From NCBI GenBank assembly GCA_026026165.1, contig JAPEUD010000054.1, positions 1-64,000 on the forward strand: a stretch of DNA of 64,000 nucleotides. Reading direction: 5' to 3'. Under the pieces are notes generated by a model, which was given only the letters and a program-made list of their open reading frames with translations, made no database searches and was not told the origin of the DNA. Below, piece by piece: positions 25,042 through 37,399 of this stretch (position 1 is the stretch's first letter; each line of letters opens with the position of its first letter). The translations under genes were made by a program, and so were the position numbers. Source of the DNA: Sarea resinae. Taxonomy: Eukaryota.

Positions 25042-26668
25042 ATGCTACTCAGCATCTTCCTTCTATTCTCACCGCCCCTCCTCTTCACCACCCACGCCCT
25101 CCAAGTCTTCAGCCAAGACCCTCTTCACTATACTCCATCCCCTGGCTGCGGAAACCCTCCCATACCGCCTCTCGAGCCCGGCGGCCCCTCTCTGAAACAG
25201 AAGATCCACACGCCAGCCCTCAGCGGCGGTGACAGAGAGTATCTTATCCATCTACCAGCAAGCTATAGGCCGGAAAAGCCCGCGCCTTTGATCCTGGTGT
25301 TTCACGGCAAGAGCATGGCGGCCGAGGAAATGGAGGCGCAGACGCAGTTTTCGAATCCCGAGTTCAATTCCGAGGCTGTGGTCGTGTATCCTCAGGGTAT
25401 AAACGTAAGCGCCTTGCCTTCACAAGATCTATTCCCAAATGAAACCCCAGTCCCAATTTCCCCGTTTGCCTTTCGTATTCCTCCTGTTCAGTCTCCCCTC
25501 TCGTTTTTGACCAACCTCCCCCCAAGCACACACACCCACACCACACCCCCAACTCACCGCCCCTTCCCCAAACCAGGACCAATGGACAGGCGACCCGTCC
25601 TCGCCTCCCCCCTCCACCCTCTCCGACACGCACTACACCCGTCACCTCCTCCACCACCTCCAAAACACCCTCTGCATCTCTCTCCCGCACACCTACGCAA
25701 CGGGCTTCTCCAACGGCGGCGGCCTACTACACCTACTCGCCTGCTCACCGCTGACCTCGCCCCTGATCGCCGCGTACGCCGCGGCTTCGGGCGCGTACTA
25801 CGAGGACGCGGCGCTGGCGCCCTCGGGCCGGGGATTGTTCACCGAGTGCGAGTATCTAGACGGACAACAGGGGGCCGAGAGTAAGAATAGTGCCGAGGAA
25901 GCGAGAGAGGGAGAGGCAGAGGCACAAGGAAAGAAGAAGAAGAAGAAAACCATGATCCCCTGGCTCGAATTCCACGGCACGAGCGATCCCGTCATCGACT
26001 ACGCGGGCACGCGCACGCCCGACGGTCCCTCCATCCCGATCGACGCCTACATGGCGACGTGGGCCTTGCGGAACGGCTGTCCGCGGCCCTCTTCCTCCTC
26101 CTCCTCCTCCTCCTCCTCCTCCTCCTCCTCCTCCTCCTCCTCCTCCTCCTCTTCCCCTTCTTCGTCGTCATCATCATCATCATCTCTTTCCGCCTCTGTC
26201 GATTCACAGCCACAACAACAGCCACAGCTACTACCGCCCCCAACAGCCATCCACACCTTCAACACCAGCACGAACAGAAGCACGACCCACTTCACCTGGA
26301 CCTGCGCGTCCGAGCTTAGCTCTAACGTCAAAAATCCCAGCCCTGACCCCTCCACTGACCCCTCCACCAACCACGAAATCAATGACAACAACGCCAACAA
26401 CAAAGCAGCAGCAATAGTATCGCACTACCAGATCTCCAACTTCGGCCACGGCTGGCCCTCGACCATGGCGCTCTCCAACGACGACGACCAGCGCTGGGGT
26501 CCCGTGTCCTTCAACGCCACGCGTTTGATCATGCAGTTTTTCGCCGCGTGGGGGGGCCAGCAGCACCAGCAGGTACCACTACCACTGCCGCTACCGCAAG
26601 TTGCCAGAGGAAAAGAGGGGAAAGAAGAGAGAGAAGCAGAAGCCATCACGTCTCGCGATGAATTATAA
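25042..26668 (+). CDS. Alpha/beta-hydrolase of the CE1 feruloyl esterase / PHB-depolymerase (LpqC)-like family; signal peptide, poly-Ser insert, C-terminal RDEL; exons 25042-25404 and 25577-26668
   Basis: Hydrophobic N-terminus MLLSIFLLFSPPLLFTTHA; REYLIHLPASYRPEKPAPLILVFHG; VVVYPQG. After intron GTAAGC...CTCAC...CAG: YATGFSNGGG (Ser nucleophile), EFHGTSDPVI (Asp), GHGWP (His). Confidence 0.85.
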
Positions 26669-27787
26669 TTTGCAATCTCGCGCTTCTTCTTTCCCACCCA
26701 AAAGAAAACACATCCACGGCAAAGAACGAGAGCGAGAAAGAGAGAGTGAGAGTGAGAAAGAGAGAGAGGGAGAGAGAGACAGAGACAGAGTTGAGAATAT
26801 TTTCCTTTCTTGTCATCTAATTCTCCGATATCTACCTATCGATCGCGGCGGGCCATGTCTCGCTTATCAAATCACAGCCGCCGCCCCCCTTGTCTTTCTT
26901 ACTTCTCACGAGTCAACCCGATCCACCCCACATTTCACTCACTTCCCCCAAAAAAACAAAAAAAAACCATCTCATCCATCCATCCACCCCGTCATCTCAT
27001 CAAGACAGAACAGCAATCCAAGGAGAGGCATCCATATCCCAAAAAAATAAAAATAGAGTTCTTTTGGGGCCATCCAATCCATACCTACATACGTCATTTA
27101 CAGACCGAAGAGAGAAAAATCCATCCGTCTTCACATGCAACCGATCCAGAAATCAGACCAAGAAAAGCAGAGCTAAAAGTCAAGAAATCCCCAAACGCAA
27201 ATAATACAGCAGGTTTTCCGCCGCCCCGGGGCCTAAGCACCTGCCCACACCCTGTTTTCCTCCTACCCAACAAGCTCTGCCCTGCCCCAGTTGTCCACGA
27301 CCGTGCGAGACAGGGGAGAGCATGGCATATAACGAGCCTCTATAATCTTGAAAAGTCCTGCAACAAAACGCCGATCCAATGCATCGCTAAAAGGAATGAC
27401 GGATGCGATAACGCTTCGATGCTTTAAATCACTATGCACGCGATGATTTTGGGGAGAAACTGCAAAAAGAAAACAAAAGCAGACTTGACGGTAGACGATG
27501 AGTTGGATGTGGTGGCTAGAAAAGCCACGATATGCGAATCTTTCATGGCATGTTGATGAGGGGATGTTGGTGATGGGTAATTGGCGATGCCATGTTGGTC
27601 ATCTAGAATGTATGATTAGGGCGGGAGGTTGGGCATGTCGGATCGGGACGCTTGGGACGCTTGGTATGGCGGAAAGAGGACCGGACGATTGGATCAAAGT
27701 TGGGATCACTCCTGTCGGCCTTTGCCTTTGAAAGACGAATCATCGTAGTGCGCGGCATCTCTGGAGAACGGTCTCAGCCCTCCGTAA

Positions 27788-29698
27788 TCAAGTCCACAAG
27801 GTCGGGGCCACGAACCCTCCGGGAAAGTCCATCGCAGACGAGCCATACCCTAGCCCTGGTTCTCCCATAAAGCCCGGCGAGCGCGATGGGGAACGCGTGC
27901 CGGTCGCCGCGCGATAGCCACCAGCGGCTCCAAATGTGGGGTCATAGTTCTCGCCACCACTCGGGTGCAGATGCGGTTCCAGGTACCCAGATCGTCGGTG
28001 TGACGACCGCGCGTCCATGCTCGAGCGTAAGGGAGATGCTCCTGTCACCAGACTCTCTCTGCTGCGGCTGAAAGGCGAGCTGTAAGTGCTCGATCCAACG
28101 CCCATCAATCCAGTATGAAGCTCCAGGCTTCCGAGGTCATAAGGACTATGCGAGACGGTAGAGTAGGTTTCTTGTTGATGCTGATGCTGATGCTGCACCC
28201 AGCCCATGCGACCTCGGAAATTCGCAACCATGTCGAGAGGGAAATTCATCAATGCAAGCGAGGTATGCGTCTCCTCGTTGTAACCCTGCGACGACTGAAT
28301 ATCGATCAAGGCCCGATGGATCTCCTCAATCGGTCCGATCGAGAGACTGCTGAAGTATGCTGCACCCACGGCGGGAAATAGAGGTTCGGTGGCCAAGGCG
28401 ACTGCATAGAGATGCGCGAGCGAGACCATGACGCGTGGTGTTCTCCTCGCGTTCTGTAAGAGCGATACGGGGACCCAGAAGAGCCAAGCGAGCAGAGGAT
28501 GCAGGAGACGAAATTGTTCCTCGGCGGTCTGAGCAGGTAGCGCCGTTGCCAGACTCTCGACAAAGTTGACCAGATCCCTCAGACGTCTCGTTTCCTCTTC
28601 TCGGTCGGCCAGAAAAGGACCGACCCGCTGCAAGGAGGCATGGATATGACGCAACGTATTGAGATGTTCGTGACGCGACTCGACGGCCGCTGCCGATGAA
28701 AATGGGTTTGGGGAAGCGGGCGCCTTGGGAAATGTCGACTGCTCGTCCATGAAGTCGGTGAAGATCGACTCCTGCCTCCATGGCTGCATGGCGTCTATGA
28801 CCTGGTCGAAACTTTAGCCCATACTCTAATGTCCAAGATTGAATCACGTACCACTGATGTCCCTTGCATCAATGAGGCCCAACCACGCCTGTTTGGGTCA
28901 GCGACGTCCCTTTGGAAAACATCATTCAAACTCACCAGTCCGTGGCCTGCCACGATAATAATATAGAAGCAGCAAGTACTGCGTCTGAGTTTTCCCGAGA
29001 GAAGCCGCCAATGGCCTCATGAAGACCTTTCATGGCCATGCCTCGGTGCTGATAGGCGATGTTACTTGTCTCGGGGGAATCAGTAAGCCATGCCAGATGG
29101 GTTGCGGAGAGAGCGAGGACGGAATGCATCACGAAGCCGTAAGTGGACGCGATGCTTAGAAATCTATCAATTGATTAGCAAGATGTAAAGAACTGGCGAG
29201 TATGCCGAGGTGTCGTACATGGGAATCTTGTGGGTCCAGATGGTGAATCTAGTGAGCCCGCCAAGATGCATCTCACGAGAGATCGAGGAGACATGATGGA
29301 TGAGGCGAAGGTCCGGGGTGGACAGGCCATGAGGAGAAGGTTGCGGTTGAAGCTGCAATTCGGGAAACGGAAAGTCCCCGGTATTGCGCCAAACCTCAAT
29401 CTCTCCTTCGATTTCGGGGCTCCAGAGAAGATCTGCCGCACGAGGGCTGGCCGGAGAGTCTCGCGAGGGAACAATGGCAGTATCCATATAATCGCATCTG
29501 CATCCATGCTTGGTGCAATTGCGACTGTCAGATACTGTCAGCTCGAGAAACCTTCACGTTAAAGCACGGATAGAGAGAAGATGTTTACCATTGTGGAAAT
29601 TCTTCATCGCATCGGATGTGCCGCCGCTTGCAAGTCTTGCAACCTTTCCGAGACTTTGTATGACTACGGCGGGAGGGTCCACCACCTGGGCCTGCCAT
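27788..29698 (-). CDS. Zn(II)2Cys6 transcription factor with fungal-specific TF domain (Upc2/Ecm22-like architecture; resembles my recollection of the Neurospora ADA-6 group); exons 29698-29589, 29524-29219, 29163-28936, 28888-28852, 28801-27788
   Basis: Spliced N-terminus MAGPGGGPSRRSHTKSRKGCKTCKRRHIRCDEEFPQC|RNCTKHGCRCDY (six Cys, missed by the ORF track); FVMHSVLALSATHLAWLT...QHRGMAMKGLHEAIGGFSRENSDAVLAASILLSWQ. All four introns are canonical. Orthology assignment is unverified. Confidence 0.92.
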
Positions 29699-30141
29699 GA
29701 TGCTTGCTTGAGGTGTATCTTAATGGTTCCCTTTGGTGATCGAGAGGAGTCTTCCTCGTATTTTGGGAAGGGTCGCGAGCGAATGTCAGATGGATCCGGG
29801 TGCGTTGTCGGGATGGAGAGGCCGGTCCAAAGAGGAAGGCGAGCTCCAAATCCCACCCGGTCAGACCGATGTTGCTTTTCAGCCTGATCAGTCAACGGGT
29901 TGAGGCGGGTAGGTCAGGATGAAGTCGTTCCTATCGGGTAGTCTTGCTGAAGTGAAGCGATTGACGATGGTACTGAGAGCGTCCGGGATCTCAACAAAGG
30001 TACCTCGACAATCTGAGAGGGCGGGGGTTCGTGGTGGGGGGCCGGGAGGGGGATCCTTGATGCACAGCAGATCGAGACGAGAAGGTCAAGGTAGTCAGAG
30101 GGGAAGGCAATGCTTGAATGTTTGGCCAGATGGCGTGCTCT

Positions 30142-30255
30142 CTAGTAAACGAGTGTATCGAGGAAAGACAATAAACGAGTGTCTGACGGCTGTCTACGCA
30201 CGGGACAAGAGGGAAGAATTGCAGATGAGATCGAGAGATGATGGAGTTTCTTCAT
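30142..30255 (-). promoter_or_regulatory. putative upstream ORF (37 aa) in the 5' leader of the Zn2Cys6 factor
   Basis: ACC-ATG-A context; MKKLHHLSISSAILPSCPVRRQPSDTRLLSFLDTLVY*; no other ATG between it and the main start at 29698. Confidence 0.45.
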
Positions 30256-33200
30256 GGTCGACGGCGGGCCAAACAGTCTTTTAGATGACGAGCCCGAGAG
30301 CAAGCTGCGCTTCGACACGGATTAGCGGCGCAACTTATCCTCGAAATAGAACGCAGCAGCAGCTGGCCTCAGACCGAGGGAGGGCACCGGCGGAGCTTGT
30401 GGGATGCTGGGACCCTAGGCACGCTGCAAGCTGGGAATCCCAGGGCCACACGCGTGCTGATCTACCGGTGGAAGGGTGGAAGGGTCGAGTAGAAGGGTTT
30501 GACTGTGTGACATAGCCCTGTGTAACGGGTGAGATGTTCTCCAGATGCTTAAACCGTTCCAGGGATCCGTCTGTGCCGCTACCGTAGAATGAATTAGGGC
30601 CGCCATGCGCTTGCCTCCTGTGTGTCTCACCTGCGTCGAAGGACACCGGGAGCTGTGTTTTGCCGTATGGGGACGACAGAGGCGGTCGGCGATGCATTCA
30701 GTCACTGGATTAGGGAATCGAGTAAGGTGAGGAACAGTAGCGTGTGCTCGGGGGGAAGGATGGGGGGGGGGGCAAGGTGCGAGGGGGGGTAAAGTTAAGT
30801 TTAGGCTCAGGTAGGGGACCGGGTCGTAGGGGCAGGAACGAAGGGAAAGAAGTAAAGTTGGTGCTAGAGATATTCAGAGATGAGAGTTGAGTTAGGTAGG
30901 GTCCTCATTTCAGGCCTTACTCCGTCCAGCTGGAGTACCTTGCTTGCCCATCGTCCGTGATACTCGTCGTATGTAGAGGACGGTAAGGTAGGGATGGAGC
31001 CGGAGGGCATGTTGATCATATCAGAATGGGATAAGAAGGTAGTCAGCATCTGGAGTCAGTGCTAGTCCGTCAGGCAGGTAAGGGTTTCCTCCTCTCTGCG
31101 CTCTCTGCGTCCATTGTTCATGGGCACGACCACCACCACCGAATGCCAATGCAGTGAGGACCTGGGGACCTGGAGGACAGGCAGGGCATGGCTGGCATGG
31201 GGCACGATGGCATGGATGACATGGACCGGCATGGATGAGCTGAACGAAATGCTGCCAAGAAGAACTATCATATTTGATGTGAGTGCTGTACTTCGTACGG
31301 AGTACGTACTCCCCGTCCCGCTCGAAGTATATCCGCCCATCAGGAAGGAGGGCAGGGGTCGGAGAGGTGGACCGAGTCACCCCTTGGCATGACATACCTG
31401 CGCAGTACTCATAGTAACGCATTGATCCGGGAGCAGCTGGAGGGCCACTACTATGCGTACCTCCAGCGGCCAGGGCCACCACTACCACCACCAAGGTATC
31501 AGTACCTAGGTAGGTACCTACCGTACCTACCTTACCTACTCTACCTACCTAGCTAGCTACGCAGGATGACGGCGCCGTCGATGATAGAGACGGCCGGGCA
31601 TTAGGGACTCTCTAGAGCCATTGATTGTTGACCGATGATCATTGATCTATCGATTGATGATTATTCGGCCTTCTTCGATACCACTGCCACTGCGCACGGT
31701 CGACGTCGGTCGGTCAGACAGACGGTCTCAGTTGCATTGAAGGTATCAATTAATCAGTCAATCAATCAATCAATCAATCAATCAGCCAGGCAGCAGAGCA
31801 GGTAGCACCTTTGGAACGCTGCAGCTTGGACTCAGGGCTGTCAATCAATCACAAGCTTGGGGACGAGGTACCTCAATCAGCATGAGGTTACCTTGGTCCG
31901 GGCAAGTAGCCCTTCCAGCTGCGACTGCGCCCTCCCAGGATCACCCATCTCTCGCGTCGAACCTTACCTGCCTCGCTCTCACCGTACCTTACCTAGTACT
32001 AACCTACCTGCCTGACCTTGCTTGGCCTTTTACGCCTTTTTACGTGACGGACAGCCAAGATGCTTTGTCCCCATCTTCCACTATCTCAAAGGAGAACGAT
32101 GGGCATGGGTGCGAGGTACCTGAGCTGGCTACGTGCGAATCAAGTATGTACATGTACGGTTCGGGGTGTCCTCCGCAGCGTTGCCGGGCCCGAGCATCAG
32201 TTGGTTGCCAGCACCAGTAGGGCCCAGTAGGGGTCGTCCAGTAGTGCCGCTCAAGATAGTACCACCGCCAGTCCGGCCCCTCGAGCCAGGACCGAACGGC
32301 TACCGTAGTGCCCTGCCCTAGAGGCAAGACCTGCCGTTAGAGATCTAAGTTGGGCGACTTGGAAGCCGAATCGAAGCCAAGTGGAAAGTTTACACTTTCA
32401 ACGAGCGAGGGTCTTGCCGTCTTGGTGGTAGTCCTCGCCCACTCCGTTCGATCCTCGTCCCAAACAATCCAATAATCTCATCAATCTGATAGCCCAGCGG
32501 GGCTCCTCTCGCTCCTCTCGGTCATATGTCTGGGCATTATCAGACCGATGGCCAACAACCTTGAAGTCTCTCGTCTCTGGGTCCACCGGCTCACTCCTGT
32601 TCCGGACTTAGGTTGCTCGTCTGCCTATCGATGCCGAGTGGTTCCATGTGAGCTACTTTCGCTCTGGCCCTATGAGCTGCTTTAGCCTCGAGCTGTCGAT
32701 CCTGGTGCCACTGCTCAGGGCTGGAATCGGGCAAGAAGCCAAGGAAGGCTGCGGCCATTGGGTTCCGAACGAGGCATGGGAGAGCGAGACGTGATGCTGT
32801 CTCCGCAACGGTGGCCGACAGGAAAAGCTGCGGCCGTTCCTTTTACCTAACCAGCCGAAACTCTAAGCCAGGTGTCAGTCAATCCAGCAGCGTCCCAGGA
32901 GCAGCAGTCGTTCCAAATCATGTCGTTGTCCGTGGCCGTTGTGCCTATCCCATGCTCGACGACGTTCCTTTTTCCACCAGAGCAGAAGCTACTGTACTCC
33001 ATCCCACGGGTATCTTGGCCGTCGATGGATCATCACCAATCACGCATGCTCGTTGCGCCAACCGGGCTCGGCTGGCCCTGGCATGGTGGAGTCCCAAATT
33101 TAGGTCTCCAGACAGCATATGACGGCATCACGCATCGATCTAAACCTACCATCTGATCACATCGGTGAGATGGATGGAGTCAACACGCTTGAGCACAGTT

Positions 33201-35789
33201 CACCGGCTCACCTGCCCACTGCCTGCCCACTGCCAGCCCCCTCCACCCTCCATCCGCATCGACGGAGCTTCCTCATCCATGCCCCCATCTTTTCTCATGC
33301 CATCATCCATGACCCCTGCCATGCCATGCCGTGCCCCTGTCGTATGCCTGCTTGCCCTGCTTGCAGCTCGGCCCTACGTCGTGGTCGTGAGCGGTACGTC
33401 CTTGTCCACTCTCGCTCCGATGCACATACTACCTAGGAGGTGATCTTGACGAGATTCGGATGGACTCGATTGGCAGAGGCTCATGCCAAGGCCTCTGTAA
33501 GGTTATTCAAGCTTATTTTGGTCAAGCAACTAGCATTGTGCGGCAGCAAGACCCTGGGCGATTTGCACGCACCGGTGGATTGAGGCTGGCTGAAAGGCAA
33601 CTCTGAGGTAGCATTCTGGTGATTGAGCCGCCTCGGTGACACAGGGTGCCCTGCCTTCCCGAACGGGACGAGGGTCGCAAAGTGCCGACGTTTGCCCTTA
33701 CCACCATCGAGGTCAGCACCCTCAGCACTTCCAAGTACTGTACTTTGGTCATACCATTGGAAAGCGCTCATATCAGCTCCACCCGCTTATCATCAATATC
33801 AACATCATCACCATGATCATGATCGTCACCGTCACCATCATCGTCTTACGTTTCCTGCTCCGTCCCGAAAAAAAAGAAATAGTCAATTGAGATGTCATCT
33901 CGAGCGTCTACAGTACAAGACAGCATGTCGATATTTCACATGGTCTCTTCTGTCGCTCGAGCACTGTGTATCCACTGTTCTCTCGCACCGATCTCCGCTA
34001 CTGTCTACACTATCGTATGCACCGGACTGGCATATCATTGTAATAATGCATGCAATTATTGAAGCGCACAACCTGTTCCAGAAGGATCAATGCAGGATCC
34101 ACTGCAGGTCGAAGCGACCACTTCGGTGACCTCAGTCGGAGTCTCCCACCACTAGGACGGCCATTCACCGAATTCCCATTATTCATCAGGCTTGGCTTCT
34201 CGTGGTGCCAAGATACTGGAGCGGCAGTCGTGAAGAATCTTGGATTGTGTAGAATTGATTCGGTGCCAATCATGCGCACCGCCATATGGTCGGTCATCGA
34301 CGCTCGGCTGGCTACAATGCGACTCGAGCTGTTGCCACGAGTGAGCTGCACCCACCCAGGCAGCCAGCTCGTTGCCACCACCGGATGCCCGAGTGCCTAT
34401 CAACAGCGACACCGAAAGGAATTGACGTGTATGATGATTCTCCATCTACCCATTGGTTTGATATCTCCCTTCGCGGACAGTGTACAATGAAGATCTGCCC
34501 GCACAGGTTCAGCCCGTAGTCGGAGAAGTACTTGGCACCAAGTAAGAAGTACAACCACAGCTCTGATGAAGTGTGCCCGCGCTTGCTCGATGCAACGTCA
34601 AGATCACACTGAAGCGTCGACCCCAGTGCTGCTGAGAAGACAGCGTCGATCGCCGCATATCTCACATCAATCCCTCACTCCGTACTCCGTGCATGCCCAA
34701 AAAAGCAGCATTTCAACGTGCGCATCTAAGAGGCTCGCGACCATGGATCGCGTCAGCTGTTTAATCGGCTTCCTTCCTTGCCTTCCGGCTCTTCGGCTCT
34801 CTGCACGTGTTTTCTAAAATTGGAGGCAGAGGGGAGCTGTTGCCGCTGGGCAGATATCTTTGCGATTCCGAGGAATCCACCCCGGAATCCGTTTCCTTGG
34901 CCATTAGACGCGAAGGATAATAATAACATCATCATCACCACCACCACCACCACCACCATCGCCAAGAGAGAAGACTCCAGTCCTTTGCCAAGAGATGTAT
35001 TTGCCAAGAGATGTAGCGTGGAACATGTCCGGTGGCGAATGTATCAATGGTTTGCGGGCTCGAGGTGATCACCGACGCTCTCGCCGGACAGACAGAGTAC
35101 TCCGAGTACACACAGCGGTAATCGCTCGATGGCAATCTCACCAATGCGACCAGCGACAGCAGGCGGTGAGCGAGCACAGTCGCCACTATCTCCATAGCAG
35201 CGGGTCATTGTGAATTTCCAATTTCGATTTATTATTCTCATTACCATCCCGATCCTTTCGCGCCCTCATGACCTGGCTCTCTAATCAATCAGCTGATCCA
35301 GCGTCTCCGACGTTACCTCTTTGAACTCGAGCCGAAACTGTCCGGCCGCCTCGGGCAGTGGCGGGCACAGGTCCTCGGGCTCTATCCAAACCCGGCCTTA
35401 GCGACGGCGACGGCTCCACACGCCATGACATCTCTGCTGTCACTAGGGGTCCTAACCTGGAGTCGAACACTACTCCGAGTAGAGTATGAGTACACTGTAC
35501 ATACCCAGGTGCCCGTGTGCATCGTGCAGCTTGGGTCGACGGTGGTTACTTTGGTTACATCTCGAAAATCATTCTTCGCCGCCGAGGTGATCGACAGAGG
35601 GTCCTCTCTAGGTCGATGAACCGACTTTGCCACTTTCCTTAGTCGCCCTCTAAATAGACTCCAACACTGTTGCGCTCCGACTGCTGCTCGTTCCTCTCCG
35701 AACGTCAACCCGATGACGGTGCCCGGGAAAGGAACAACAGACAAGAGACATTTTGAAACGCCGGCCTCGGCACGAAGAGACATCTGAGC

Positions 35790-36091
35790 ATGCCTCCCAA
35801 CGTCTCTGCATCTCCGCGACAGAGCAACGAAGATGAAGCTGATGGCTCGTATGCGTACCCAGTAAGGGTCTGCTTGCAGTAGTAATGTGCTGATCGTTGG
35901 CCCTCTGACCCTTCTGCCTCTTTCCCTTCCAGTCTCAGCATCCAGATCAGGCAGCTCCTGGACATGGACGCTCCGGCATTCACAAAGCCCGAGCCGTACG
36001 TACACGGCATGCTAGATCGATAGAGCAAGCTCGACGCAATGCATGACGATGACGATAAGATTGTTTCAGTCCCGAAAGAGAACAGCTGTGA
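35790..36091 (+). CDS. candidate three-exon microgene, 47 aa, unknown function (exons 35790-35848, 35933-35995, 36070-36091)
   Basis: Two phase-2 GT-AG introns (GTATGC...GCTGAT/TCTGAC...TTCCAG and GTACGT...TTTCAG) give MPPNVSASPRQSNEDEADGSLSIQIRQLLDMDAPAFTKPEPPEREQL*; no recognised homology. Confidence 0.25.
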
Positions 36092-37399
36092 ATGCTGGAG
36101 AATCAACCTTCCGACCCCTTCGCTTTCTTCAGATTAGACCGCACTTGTGCAGCCTCTCGAGACATCTTTGTCCCGAGCTTTCTTTTCCCGTCTCTCATCA
36201 AGTCGGAAAAAGGGTCTTCCGTTTTGCGCTTGCGGCAAGCGGTGTCTCGACAGCTTCGACCTGACTTCGAGGACCCACCATCTGCTTGGCAATGACGACA
36301 AGAGGGGCAATGTTTTCGTATCGTCGCACCGAGCATGAAAGCTATACTGAACGGGCGAGGAGTCTACTCCGTAGAGCAACAGCTCAGGTCGTAGGACAGA
36401 TGATGGGACGTTGTTGCTTGTCTGTAGAGAGTAACTTTTCCGAGATTCCGCCCCAATCTCTGTCTCGTTCTAGCCGCGGCAGACCTTCCCAAACGCTCGA
36501 GCGCGACAAATCCCGCTCGAACATCGATCGCCTGCTACGGATCTAATCGTGATCAACGCCCGCGGAGATTCCAATGGGGGAAGTCTTATTCGCACAAAGC
36601 CAATCACACTTAGGTAACAGGCAATTGCAGCTATCTATCCATCCATCCATCCGTCCTTCTCGCACGAGAGAATCACGAGCGAGCGTGACATAGAATTTTT
36701 CTTTCTCTGGTTCTTGCACGGCGGGGAGCACGACTTCCATTTTCGCGTTCGCGCTTGTGTTCAAACTTGGTCAAATACCATACCCTACCTACTGCAGTAC
36801 TTTCATACCGAAAACGAAAGTTTCCATCCGGTACCGTATTCCTCCTCCTCCTACGCAGTACTGGACACACAGCTCCGCTCCGGGCTGAAAAGAAAAAAAA
36901 CGTTATCAACAAAATCGAAAGACCGAAACCCTTTTTTCCCGCCCTTCGCCATCCAATCCAATCCGTAAAGCCAAGTCCCACCTCTCGGGGCCACATAGCT
37001 TCTTCTCCTTCCCCAAGCCCCCCGGGCCAACTGCGGCTGCGGCTGCGGTGGCGGCGGCGGCGGCGGCGGCGAACGCGAATGCCAAGACCGCGGCGGCATC
37101 CCGATCCACCCGCACACACACACTCGTTCATTTTTTTAAATTTTTATTTTCTTTCTTTTTTTGGGAATGGGAAACTTTCACTTCCAGAGGGTCCGCTATC
37201 CCGCTATTCCGCAATCCCGCAATCCCGAAGCGGGGCGGGGCGGGGGCGCGCGCGCGCGCTTTCATTCGCAATTGTCCGCATTTGTGCGCGTTTCTGTGTA
37301 AGTGGGTGTGTGTGTGTGCGTTGATTTGCGCAAGATCTTCTTTGTACAAGGAGGAAGGCTATCTACTATTCTCCATCTATGCACGGTATACACAGTATA

